A stretch of DNA of 40,000 nt, taken from the NCBI RefSeq assembly GCF_024129855.1, contig NZ_JAMXXC010000018.1:1-40000 (forward strand). The letters run 5' to 3'. Shown in pieces: positions 18,736 through 26,775 of this stretch. Every line of letters starts with the position of its first letter. Position 1 is the stretch's first letter. Below the pieces are notes generated by a model. That model worked only from the letters and a program-made list of their open reading frames with translations. It had not been told where the DNA came from and ran no database searches. The DNA is from Acinetobacter lwoffii (lineage in GTDB: Bacteria > Pseudomonadota > Gammaproteobacteria > Pseudomonadales > Moraxellaceae). A program made the translations under genes and the position numbers.

Positions 18736-19413
18736 ATGTGGTCAATTCTGGCACTCGGTGCTGTTGAACGCGTGATTCATCATGTGATTGATCTGGACGC
18801 CATTACCCGCATCCAGCTGAATGCCCTATCCGGTAAAATGCTGCGGGTGGTGATCGCCTCGCCACAGCTTTCGGTCGATGTGTTTTTTGATGAGGGCAAA
18901 GTTCGTCTGGAGCCAACGGCAACCGGTCATACCGAAACACCTTCGGTCTTTGAACAGCGTCCATTTGACGCAAGTTCCGCGACAGTCCTTGAAGCGACCG
19001 CAACCTTGCAGGTCAGCAATGTGGTGGAATTACTCAAGCTGCTGCTTTCCGATGAAGTCGGCAATATTCCATTGCAAGGCGACTACAAGTTATTGCAGGA
19101 AATCCAGCGCATCATGCAACAGGCAGAATTAGATCTGGCGGCGCACTTAAGCCCCTGGATTGGCCCGACACTGGCACATGAAATTGGTAAATTGCAACTG
19201 CTGCCCAAGCAGCTAAAACGCACCCTGCAAAGTCAATTATTTTTTGCCGAAGATGCCTTAAAAGAAGACAGCGGTCTGTTTGCCCCCCGCTGGCAAATGG
19301 ATGACCTGAATCAGGACACCCGTATCCTGAATCAAAATTTAGATCGGGTTGAAGCAAAAATCCATCAGCTTCAGGCTCAAATTGATGCCTCCAACAATTC
19401 TACTCAAGACTAG
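18736..19413 (+). CDS. ubiJ: Ubiquinone biosynthesis accessory factor UbiJ (SCP2 domain)
   Basis: About 225 aa, positioned between ubiE and ubiB as in the conserved ubiE-ubiJ-ubiB operon. The N-terminal half is SCP2-like and the C-terminus is coiled. Confidence 0.75.
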   Translation: MWSILALGAVERVIHHVIDLDAITRIQLNALSGKMLRVVIASPQLSVDVFFDEGKVRLEPTATGHTETPSVFEQRPFDASSATVLEATATLQVSNVVELLKLLLSDEVGNIPLQGDYKLLQEIQRIMQQAELDLAAHLSPWIGPTLAHEIGKLQLLPKQLKRTLQSQLFFAEDALKEDSGLFAPRWQMDDLNQDTRILNQNLDRVEAKIHQLQAQIDASNNSTQD

Positions 19414-19425
19414 GTACACAGCTTT

Positions 19426-21045
19426 ATGATTCCGCATGTTTCACGTTTACTCGAACTTTGGCGCATCGCCGCGCACTATCGACTCGACACGTTGTTTCCT
19501 GCGGAAGAATTACCAGAAAAATCCCGGCATGTGCTGTCCCTCATCCGGATGCATCCGGCTGCCTGGTCCAGTCGTGAACGTAAAAATCCGCTCAAGCTGA
19601 AACTGGCTTTAGAAGAAATGGGGCCGTTGGCGATTAAGCTTGGTCAGCTGCTCTCAACCCGTCGTGACCTGATTCCACCTGAAGTTTTACAGCAACTGGT
19701 CTTGCTACAAGACCGGGTCAAGCCGTTTGATAATGACGTAGCCAAGATGCGCATTCAGGAATCCCTGAAAGCTGATGTAAATACCCTATTCGCGCGTTTC
19801 GATACCCAGCCACTGGCTGCAGCTTCGATTGCTCAGGTGCATACGGCTGCCCTGCATGATGGCCGTGAAGTGGTGGTTAAAGTCACCCGCCCGAATATTC
19901 GCCAGCAGATTTTGCAGGATTTTGAAATTCTGGAATGGCTCGGTCAATTTCTGGAAAAACGTCTGGAAGCAGCACGTGCCCTACATTTATCAGAAATCAT
20001 TCAGGACTATCGCCAGATCATTCTGAATGAGCTGGATCTGACGCTGGAAGCAGACAATACCCGCCGTATGCGCCATCACTTTACCGGCTCGAGCATGATG
20101 TATGTGCCGGAAATTTATATGGACAGCAAAGACGTGCTGGTAGCCGAGCGCATTACCGGGGTGCCGATTTCAGATATCGCGACCTTTGACCGGCTGGGCA
20201 TGGATCGTGCCGATCTGGCGCGTAAAGGCCTGACCATCTTCTTTACTCAGGTCTTCCGCGATAACTTCTTCCATGCCGATATGCATCCGGGAAATGTCTT
20301 TGTAGAAACCATCAATCCGGCCAATCCGCGTTTTATTGCGCTGGACTGCGCGATTATGGGCGAACTGTCCAAACACGACCAGATGACCGTAGCACGCATG
20401 CTACTAGCGGTCATGAACAGCGACTTTATGCAGCTGATTCAGGTGGTGCATCAGGCTGGCTGGATTCCACCGGGGACTGATCAGGATGCTTTGGCACGTG
20501 AAATGCGCCGCAGTGTGGGGCCGATGGTGTCCAAACCGATGCATGAATTGGACTTTGCCGGCATTCTGATTGAAGTGATGGATATCGCGCGTCGTTTCCA
20601 TCTGGAAATTCCCCCTCAATTGATGCTACTGCTAAAAACTTTGGTGCATGTCGAAGGTTTGGGAACCGACCTGTATCCTGAACTGGATATCTGGAGTCTG
20701 GCCAAACCGATCCTAACGGACTGGATCAAGGCCCAGATGAATCCGCAAAAGAACCTGAAAGAACTGGGACAGAAAATTCCGGATCTGCTTTTAGGGGCAC
20801 AGGATTTACCGACCCTGATGATCGACAGCTTAAACGGTTTAAAAAACCAGTCGGCCTGGCATGCCAAACAGCTCAATGAATTACAAAGTATGCGCCTGCA
20901 AATGGAACATCAGCAAAAGCGTAGCTGGATGTTCGGCAGTGTCATGGCCATTCTGCTGGCAATTGCGATTATTTCACCATGGTTTGTGTCGGTGATTCTG
21001 ATTGTGTTGGCAAGTGTGCTTGCCGTCTGGCGAATTGCGAAATAA
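19426..21045 (+). CDS. ubiB: Ubiquinone biosynthesis regulatory kinase-like protein UbiB (ABC1/ADCK family)
   Basis: 539 aa with AAASIAQVH, VVVKVTRP and FHADMHPGN motifs and a C-terminal TM segment. Operon context supports the call. Confidence 0.92.
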   Translation: MIPHVSRLLELWRIAAHYRLDTLFPAEELPEKSRHVLSLIRMHPAAWSSRERKNPLKLKLALEEMGPLAIKLGQLLSTRRDLIPPEVLQQLVLLQDRVKPFDNDVAKMRIQESLKADVNTLFARFDTQPLAAASIAQVHTAALHDGREVVVKVTRPNIRQQILQDFEILEWLGQFLEKRLEAARALHLSEIIQDYRQIILNELDLTLEADNTRRMRHHFTGSSMMYVPEIYMDSKDVLVAERITGVPISDIATFDRLGMDRADLARKGLTIFFTQVFRDNFFHADMHPGNVFVETINPANPRFIALDCAIMGELSKHDQMTVARMLLAVMNSDFMQLIQVVHQAGWIPPGTDQDALAREMRRSVGPMVSKPMHELDFAGILIEVMDIARRFHLEIPPQLMLLLKTLVHVEGLGTDLYPELDIWSLAKPILTDWIKAQMNPQKNLKELGQKIPDLLLGAQDLPTLMIDSLNGLKNQSAWHAKQLNELQSMRLQMEHQQKRSWMFGSVMAILLAIAIISPWFVSVILIVLASVLAVWRIAK

Positions 21046-21064
21046 GCGATTTACATATGCAAAA

Positions 21065-21090
21065 AGCCTGAATAGTCTCAGGCTTTTTTA
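21065..21090 (+). terminator. ubiB operon terminator
   Basis: AGCCTGA (21065-71) pairs with TCAGGCT (21078-84), followed by TTTTTT. Confidence 0.7.
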
Positions 21091-21200
21091 TGTCTTAAAG
21101 ATGAGGATGACTTCAAAGTCACCTTAGGACATATCTTGCCATTGGGTCTTTAAACCTATCGCTTAAAATAAGCACACATTTGGCTAGTATAGGTTCAACC

Positions 21201-22280
21201 ATGGTACAGATTTTAAAAAAACGTGCGCCTGCGCTGACGATTCGTGCTGGCCATCTGGCACGTGAGCTGATTCTGGAACAAGGTTTGCAACCCGAACAGG
21301 TCGATATCGTGCCCGGTGCGGCAGGCGGCCCCAAAGGCATCGGGATCCAAGGACTGGATCAGGCGATTTTTGGTGAGTTTTTTCCACGTGCACCTCAGCG
21401 TAGAACTTTGGTGGGTTCTTCGATTGGCAGCTGGCGTTTTGCCAGTATGGCTGCACATGGAGTTCAACAGGGAACCGAACGTTTGGGTGAGCTGTATACC
21501 AACCTCTATTTTCATAAAAAAATGACCCGTCAGGATGTCAGCGAAGTTTGCCGTGGCATGCTGCTGGATCTGGTACAAGGCAAAGAAAACGATCTAGTCA
21601 ATCATCCAGATTATCATCTCGCAGTCATTTCAATTAAAGCCCAACACATTTTCCAGAGTGACAAGGCATTGCCGTTGTTGGCTTCTGTGGCTGGAATTCT
21701 TGGAACGACCGCAGTCGCGCGCCGGCACAGCCGTCATTTCATGCAACGTGTAATCAGCCAGCCCAATATCGGTGAACAGTTTAAAATCGCTGAAGATGGA
21801 TTTACCACGCATTATCATGCACTAACCGAACAGAGTGTGTTGTCCTGGTTGATGGCTTCAGCGTCTATTCCCGGGGTGATGGCAGCGGTGAACAATATTC
21901 CGGATGCGCCGCAGGGTTATTATCGCGATGGTGGCCTGATTGACTATCACATTGACCTGCCCTTTCAGAGCAAAGGTATTGTGCTGTATCCACATTTTAC
22001 CGATAGCATTACCCCCGGCTGGTTTGACAAGTTATTTAAACGTACCTCAAATCCGGAAAATCAGGCACGAACTTTGCTGCTTTCTCCATCGCAGCAATAT
22101 CTGCAAAGTTTGCCTTTGGGTCGTTTGCCTGACCGTAAAGACTTTAACTTAAAAGGTTTGGACCAGGCCCAACGCATTCAGCTCTGGAAGCAATGTATTG
22201 CGGAAAGTCAGCGTCTGGGCGATGAATTTCTGGAACTGGTCGAGAAGCAGAATTTTGCTGAGGTAATGCAGACCTTGTAA
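21201..22280 (+). CDS. Patatin-like phospholipase family protein
   Basis: About 359 aa. It has the oxyanion region PGAAGGPKG, the nucleophile elbow GSSIGS (G-x-S-x-G) and the catalytic Asp context YRDGGLIDY. The ATG at 21201 is preferred over the TTG at 21180. Confidence 0.8.
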   Translation: MVQILKKRAPALTIRAGHLARELILEQGLQPEQVDIVPGAAGGPKGIGIQGLDQAIFGEFFPRAPQRRTLVGSSIGSWRFASMAAHGVQQGTERLGELYTNLYFHKKMTRQDVSEVCRGMLLDLVQGKENDLVNHPDYHLAVISIKAQHIFQSDKALPLLASVAGILGTTAVARRHSRHFMQRVISQPNIGEQFKIAEDGFTTHYHALTEQSVLSWLMASASIPGVMAAVNNIPDAPQGYYRDGGLIDYHIDLPFQSKGIVLYPHFTDSITPGWFDKLFKRTSNPENQARTLLLSPSQQYLQSLPLGRLPDRKDFNLKGLDQAQRIQLWKQCIAESQRLGDEFLELVEKQNFAEVMQTL

Positions 22281-22340
22281 TTGGCCGTAGCTGCCCGATT
22301 ATTTGTATAATTGCTTTAATTTTGTGAACTGTTGAGATTT

Positions 22341-22658
22341 ATGCAGAAGTTTTTAGTTGTCCTGCAATACCTGTGTCTGGCCTTTGCCATTTATCTGATT
22401 TATAGCGTCAGCATGTCGCTGTATAGCCAGGATTTTGTCCTGATGGAACTGGTCGCTGATATCGGTACGATTCTGATTTGTATCGACCTGGCGGTGTTTT
22501 TATTTACCAGTAAAGGTAAGCCCGGCATTAGCATGGAAGAATATGCAAAAAGACTGGAACAGCCACCGTCTAAGCTGGTCTATGTGACACGAAAATTGGG
22601 GCATCTCGGTATTTTGCTGATTATCACCAGCTGGGTTGTGCCGATGATTAACTCATAA
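22341..22658 (+). CDS. Small integral membrane protein (hypothetical)
   Basis: About 105 aa with three hydrophobic helices. A strong terminator follows. Confidence 0.5.
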   Translation: MQKFLVVLQYLCLAFAIYLIYSVSMSLYSQDFVLMELVADIGTILICIDLAVFLFTSKGKPGISMEEYAKRLEQPPSKLVYVTRKLGHLGILLIITSWVVPMINS

Positions 22659-22666
22659 ATATCCAA

Positions 22667-22695
22667 TAAAAAACCTCCCAATTGGGAGGTTTTTT
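22667..22695. terminator. Bidirectional terminator (left boundary of the AT-rich islet)
   Basis: The perfect palindrome CCTCCCAATTGGGAGG (22674-22689) is flanked by A7 upstream and T6 downstream. It serves the convergent + gene (stop 22658) and the minus-strand rexB-like gene (stop 22699). Confidence 0.8.
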
Positions 22696-22698
22696 ACT

Positions 22699-23145
22699 TT
22701 AGGGTTTTCTAAGAACTTTCATACCCGTCCATAAACTAGATAGCGCTTGTATTAAACTAGCGATAAAGAAAAACATTACAAATCGTATCAACCACTTTGT
22801 TACTTCAATATTACTAATAGTTGCTATTAGTAAAACTGAAGTAACACACACTAAAATCAAATATAAAATAGCTAAAAACCAACTACTTAAATAATACTCA
22901 CCAAAATCTTGAAGATAGTTTTTTGCAGCAATTTTTTCTAATCCATACACAATAGTAGAAATAGTCGCTACTATTCCAAACATTGCTATAGAATATGCAA
23001 GTAAAGCAATTCCTAAATCTTTCTTATTAATATAAAAGGAAAATATAAAATAGTTTTTAAGTACATAGTAATAAAATACTTGGCTAACTATTCCAATGAT
23101 CAAGGGAATCGAATTCAAGCAAAGAATGATTTTCCAGTTGTTCAT
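22699..23145 (-). CDS. rexB: RexB-like four-TM membrane protein (candidate ion-channel effector of a Rex-type exclusion system)
   Basis: 148 aa against 144 aa for lambda RexB. Four hydrophobic helices fall at about residues 4-29, 44-69, 87-110 and 118-139. KDLGIALLAYSIAMFGIVATISTIVYG aligns with lambda RexB DGLGATLSSYAGTMIAILIAALTFLIG (recalled) at a +2 offset. The SD-like TAGGGGGT lies 7 nt upstream of the ATG. Confidence 0.7.
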   Translation of the reverse strand: MNNWKIILCLNSIPLIIGIVSQVFYYYVLKNYFIFSFYINKKDLGIALLAYSIAMFGIVATISTIVYGLEKIAAKNYLQDFGEYYLSSWFLAILYLILVCVTSVLLIATISNIEVTKWLIRFVMFFFIASLIQALSSLWTGMKVLRKP

Positions 23146-24010
23146 AATTCAACCCCCTATAATCTCTGATCCGTTCCTGAATAACAGAATTAGTGTCTAG
23201 ACTAACTTGCATATGTTCAGCAATTGACATATCAGACTCAGCATCACAACCTTCTGACAATAAACCATCTTTTGAATAATAAAAATTTGTGAGTTGATCT
23301 TCTAAATGAGCTCGAGCACGTAAAGTAACTTTTTCTAATTCATTATCAGGTACTCGATCTATAGATTTTAGAATTGTTTTGTTAATTGATTTACCTCTCT
23401 TTGGTTTAATAATTACTTCTAATCCTGCAATATCTTCAAAATCAATTACTTTACTTTCACCGTTAAAGGCATTCAATAAATTTTTAACAAAAGGCCCATA
23501 AGCTACTTGAAATGACGTTCTACCAATAAAATCTAGTTTGGCAGCTTCTGCCCTACTAATTTGCGTTTTAACAGGAATGAGTTTAAAAGATAAATCCCTA
23601 ATTTTCATCCTCTTCAGCAATTGCTCAATGTAAAATACAAAAGCTGTAGGAGTAGGTGATAAAACTCTCGAACCAAATGCAAAAATTGGAAATTTATCAT
23701 TCATATATATGTAAGATGCAAACCCCATACTTTCATTTGCTGCCAATTTATTAGTTAAATCTGTAGCAGAAAATACACTTCGTTTTTCTTCAACAGCTTT
23801 TACAATTTCCTGATTTTTAGTTTGTACAAATAGATAAAAGTCCTTTTTTAATTTTATTAAGTAAAGCTTTTCATCATTATATGTAATATCTGTTACATAG
23901 GGATAGGCAATTTTATTAGTGCTATTTTCAATAATTTTTGAAATATTGAAATCATAAACATCAGCTGTATTAACATTATGAAAATTATACATGTAATAAT
24001 TTATACGCAT
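23084..24010 (-). CDS. rexA: RexA-like protein (candidate sensor/activator of a Rex-type exclusion system)
   Basis: 308 aa against 279 aa for lambda RexA. Motifs are collinear with recalled lambda RexA: ESMGFASY/ESLGFPSF, DFIGRTSFQV/HFIGRTTVKV, LEVIIKPKRGKSINK/LDIVIKPKFKRDIKK, TLRARAHLEDQLTNFYYSKDGLLS/SLRAKDEAGDILTEHYLSEKGHLS and IAEHM/IAEEM. Offsets rise smoothly from +7 to +12. Confidence 0.75.
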   Translation of the reverse strand: MRINYYMYNFHNVNTADVYDFNISKIIENSTNKIAYPYVTDITYNDEKLYLIKLKKDFYLFVQTKNQEIVKAVEEKRSVFSATDLTNKLAANESMGFASYIYMNDKFPIFAFGSRVLSPTPTAFVFYIEQLLKRMKIRDLSFKLIPVKTQISRAEAAKLDFIGRTSFQVAYGPFVKNLLNAFNGESKVIDFEDIAGLEVIIKPKRGKSINKTILKSIDRVPDNELEKVTLRARAHLEDQLTNFYYSKDGLLSEGCDAESDMSIAEHMQVSLDTNSVIQERIRDYRGLNYEQLENHSLLEFDSLDHWNS

Positions 24011-24025
24011 TTTACCCCCTAGAAA

Positions 24026-24056
24026 TATAAAAAGAGCCTTGCGGCTCCTTTTATAT
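24026..24056 (-). terminator. tex terminator (right boundary of the islet)
   Basis: The minus strand reads AAAAGGAGCC-GCAA-GGCTCTTTTT followed by ATATTT. The loop is a GNRA-type tetraloop. The G.U pair forms only in the minus-strand RNA. It sits 30 nt after the tex stop and 16 nt before the rexA-like ATG. Confidence 0.65.
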
Positions 24057-24085
24057 TAGATTAATTTTCCAACAAACTCATCAGT

Positions 24086-26440
24086 TTATTTAGAACCTTT
24101 AATCCCTGCTTGCAATAACAATGCACCCAAACCACCAATTTTTTGCTCTTGTGGTTTAGCCGCTTGAGGTTTCTTACCCTGAGGGCGATCACCTTGCGGA
24201 CGTCCTTGCTGTGGACGTTTACCCTGAGGCTTACGTTCACCACGTGGCTCATTGTTCTCGCGACGTGGCTGACGTGGTGCTTTCGCCGGCGCTTCAGAAC
24301 CTTCAGGACGCATCGACAGATTCACGCGGTTACGTTCAGCATCCACATTCAAAACACGGACTTGTACGATTTGACCCGGTTTCACCACTTTATGCGGATC
24401 AGCGACGAATTCATTGGCAAGTTCAGAAATATGTACCAAACCATCTTGATGCACGCCCACATCGACAAATGCACCGAAGTTAGTCACGTTAGTGACTACA
24501 CCTTCCAGTTGCATGCCTTCAGACAATTGCGCAACTTCAGTAATGTCATCACGGAATTTAGCAGTGCGGAATTCTGGACGCGGGTCACGGCCCGGTTTTT
24601 CCAGTTCAGCCAATACGTCTTGAATCGTCGGCAGACCAAATTTCTCGTCTGCAAATTCTTCTGCATTCACTTGGCGAATGATTTCAGTATTGCCAATGAT
24701 GTCTTTTACAGTCGTTGCTTTTGCTTCAACAATTTTGCTCACCAAAGCATATGACTCAGGGTGAACTGCAGACGCATCCAGTGGTTCTGTACCATCTTGA
24801 ATACGCAAGAAGCCCGCAGCCTGCTCAAAAGTACGCTCGCCTAAACGTGGTACTTTTTTCAAAGACTGACGATTGTCAAAACGACCATTTTCCTTACGGA
24901 ATTCCACAATTTGCTGTGCGATCGATTTATTCAGACCCGCGATATAACCCAGAATTGCTGCTGATGCAGTATTTACATCCACACCCACTGAGTTCACACA
25001 GTCTTCAACGACCGCTTCAAGGGTTTTCGCCAGACCGGTCTGGTTCACGTCATGTTGATACTGACCCACACCAATCGATTTCGGATCGATTTTCACCAGT
25101 TCTGCTAGTGGATCTTGTAAACGGCGTGCAATCGATACCGCACCACGAATAGATACATCTAGTTCAGGCAGTTCCTGTGAAGCTAGTTCAGATGCTGAAT
25201 ACACCGATGCACCTGCTTCAGATACAGAAACACGCGTCATTTTCAGATCACTGTTCGCAGCCATCATTTCAGCAACTAAAGCTTCAGTTTCACGGCTTGC
25301 AGTACCATTACCAATCGCGATCAGGTCAACATTGAACTCGCGGCATAAACGCGCCAGCTCGGCCAGTGAACCTTCTTTATCGTCTTTTGGTGCAAATGGA
25401 TAAATCGTGCTGTATGCAAGAACATCACCAGACTCGTTCACTACCGCCAGTTTCACACCGGTACGGATACCCGGGTCCACGCCCAAAGTGGTACGTGCGC
25501 CTGCAGGTGCAGAAAGCAGTAAATGACGCAGGTTTTCAGCAAAGACGTTCATCGCTTCTGTTTCAGCAGCCAGACGTTTTTCAGTCAGCAATGAATGTTC
25601 GATCGTTGGACGAACTTTACCGAGCCAAAATAGTTTTGCAGTTTGCTTCAAGAAATCCTGACGCGCTTGTGGCTGAACAGTTTCAAGATTGTATTCAGTT
25701 TCAATACGCGCCAATGGAGCATCATCTTCGCCATCAACTTTCAGGCCTAAAACGTTTTCCTGACGGCCACGCAGCATCGCCAATAAACGATGTGAAGGCA
25801 CTTTGTTCAAGTTTTCAGAGAAATCGAAATAATCACGGAATTTTTTACCGACTTCTTTTTTCTCATCACTTGCAACTAAACTTTTCAGCACGGCAGTTTT
25901 TGCAAATGTCGCTTTAAGTTCAGTGGTCAGTGCGATATTTTGTGCCCAGTCATCAATCAGGATGTGCTGGATCGCATCAAGCTGGCTTTCAGTATCTGGA
26001 TAATCTTCATGGCTAAAGCCCGCCAAAGCTTCAGCTGGATCAACAGCTTCATTAAAGATTTTTTCAGCAATCGGGCCCAGACCAGCTTCTTTGGCCTTAA
26101 ATGATTTACTGGTACGTTTTGGACGGTACGGCGCGTAAATTTCTTCTAATGCATTTTTGGTTTCGGCGGCATTCACACGCGCCAATAAATCATCAGATAA
26201 TTTATCTTGTTCTTTGAGTGATTCAATCACCTTTTCACGGCGCTCATACAAATCACGCAAGTATGATAAACGCGTATCGAGTTGACGTAGTTGCGTATCG
26301 TCTAAGCCTTGCGTTACTTCTTTACGGTAACGTGCAATAAAAGGAACACTGGCACCTTCATCAATAAGCTTGATGGCAGCCTCAACTTGATTTGGACGTA
26401 CGGCAAGTTCTTTTGCCAACTGCTGAACTAAGTCAGTCAT
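24086..26440 (-). CDS. tex: Transcription accessory protein Tex (S1 RNA-binding domain protein)
   Basis: About 784 aa. The N-terminal Tex/HTH region (IARYRKEVTQGLDD), YqgF-like and HhH regions are present, plus a C-terminal S1 domain (GMQLEGVVTNVTNFGAFVDVGVHQDGLVHISEL) and a basic P/Q/K-rich tail. The ATG at 26440 is preferred to the GTG at 26455. Confidence 0.92.
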   Translation of the reverse strand: MTDLVQQLAKELAVRPNQVEAAIKLIDEGASVPFIARYRKEVTQGLDDTQLRQLDTRLSYLRDLYERREKVIESLKEQDKLSDDLLARVNAAETKNALEEIYAPYRPKRTSKSFKAKEAGLGPIAEKIFNEAVDPAEALAGFSHEDYPDTESQLDAIQHILIDDWAQNIALTTELKATFAKTAVLKSLVASDEKKEVGKKFRDYFDFSENLNKVPSHRLLAMLRGRQENVLGLKVDGEDDAPLARIETEYNLETVQPQARQDFLKQTAKLFWLGKVRPTIEHSLLTEKRLAAETEAMNVFAENLRHLLLSAPAGARTTLGVDPGIRTGVKLAVVNESGDVLAYSTIYPFAPKDDKEGSLAELARLCREFNVDLIAIGNGTASRETEALVAEMMAANSDLKMTRVSVSEAGASVYSASELASQELPELDVSIRGAVSIARRLQDPLAELVKIDPKSIGVGQYQHDVNQTGLAKTLEAVVEDCVNSVGVDVNTASAAILGYIAGLNKSIAQQIVEFRKENGRFDNRQSLKKVPRLGERTFEQAAGFLRIQDGTEPLDASAVHPESYALVSKIVEAKATTVKDIIGNTEIIRQVNAEEFADEKFGLPTIQDVLAELEKPGRDPRPEFRTAKFRDDITEVAQLSEGMQLEGVVTNVTNFGAFVDVGVHQDGLVHISELANEFVADPHKVVKPGQIVQVRVLNVDAERNRVNLSMRPEGSEAPAKAPRQPRRENNEPRGERKPQGKRPQQGRPQGDRPQGKKPQAAKPQEQKIGGLGALLLQAGIKGSK

Positions 26441-26775
26441 CGTGTTTGATCCCACAAGGATAAGTACTAAATGGCATGATTATAAAGACCGGGTCCATAA
26501 AATCCACCATTGTTTTTATTAATTTATCTCATCTTTGTATTATGAAGTGCCACAGTTTTCAGCTTTTCCCGATAAAGTTTGTATGAACTTTGCTTTTTAT
26601 TCAGCTTAAAATCATATTTTTTGCTCATTTAGATGTATATATTTGGTATCTATGTCTTGATTTTAACTGCAATATTTGGTGCTTTAGAGCATAGTCAATT
26701 AATATCAATGAATCGTATACTCAAAGCCTATTTGATTTTTGTTTATGATGACAATAAAGAATAAAGGAGCATCTC

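Larger units (their letters stand above)
22697..24030 (-). other. AT-rich, apparently horizontally acquired two-gene islet (RexAB-like)
   Basis: Spot GC counts on single 60-nt lines give 25% (22801-22860) and 37% (23521-23580) inside the islet. The flanks give 43% (22381-22440) and 50% (24301-24360). Terminator hairpins bound both sides, and no integrase or long repeats were seen. Confidence 0.7.

Noticed and set aside
21201-22280. Patatin-like phospholipase as a CBASS (CapV-type) effector next to the Rex-like islet
   Set aside because: No CD-NTase or cyclase, nor any other CBASS component, is adjacent. The gene has flank-typical composition and its own context downstream of the ubiB terminator. 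I treat it as a housekeeping or accessory lipase unless comparative data say otherwise.
22690-24062. Possible target-site duplication flanking the islet (TTTTACTTTAG at about 22692-22702 vs TTTTATATTAG at about 24049-24059, each just 3' of a hairpin arm)
   Set aside because: The match is only 9 of 11 positions in AT-rich, low-complexity terminator tails. This is easily chance and is not usable as evidence of a mobile-element junction without empty-site comparison.
24061-25917. ORFs overlapping tex (24061..24252 -, 24143..24754 +, 24211..24483 +, 24715..25152 +, 25366..25917 +)
   Set aside because: They are nested in or antisense to tex. Their products are repetitive and low-complexity, mirroring the P/Q/K-rich tail of tex.
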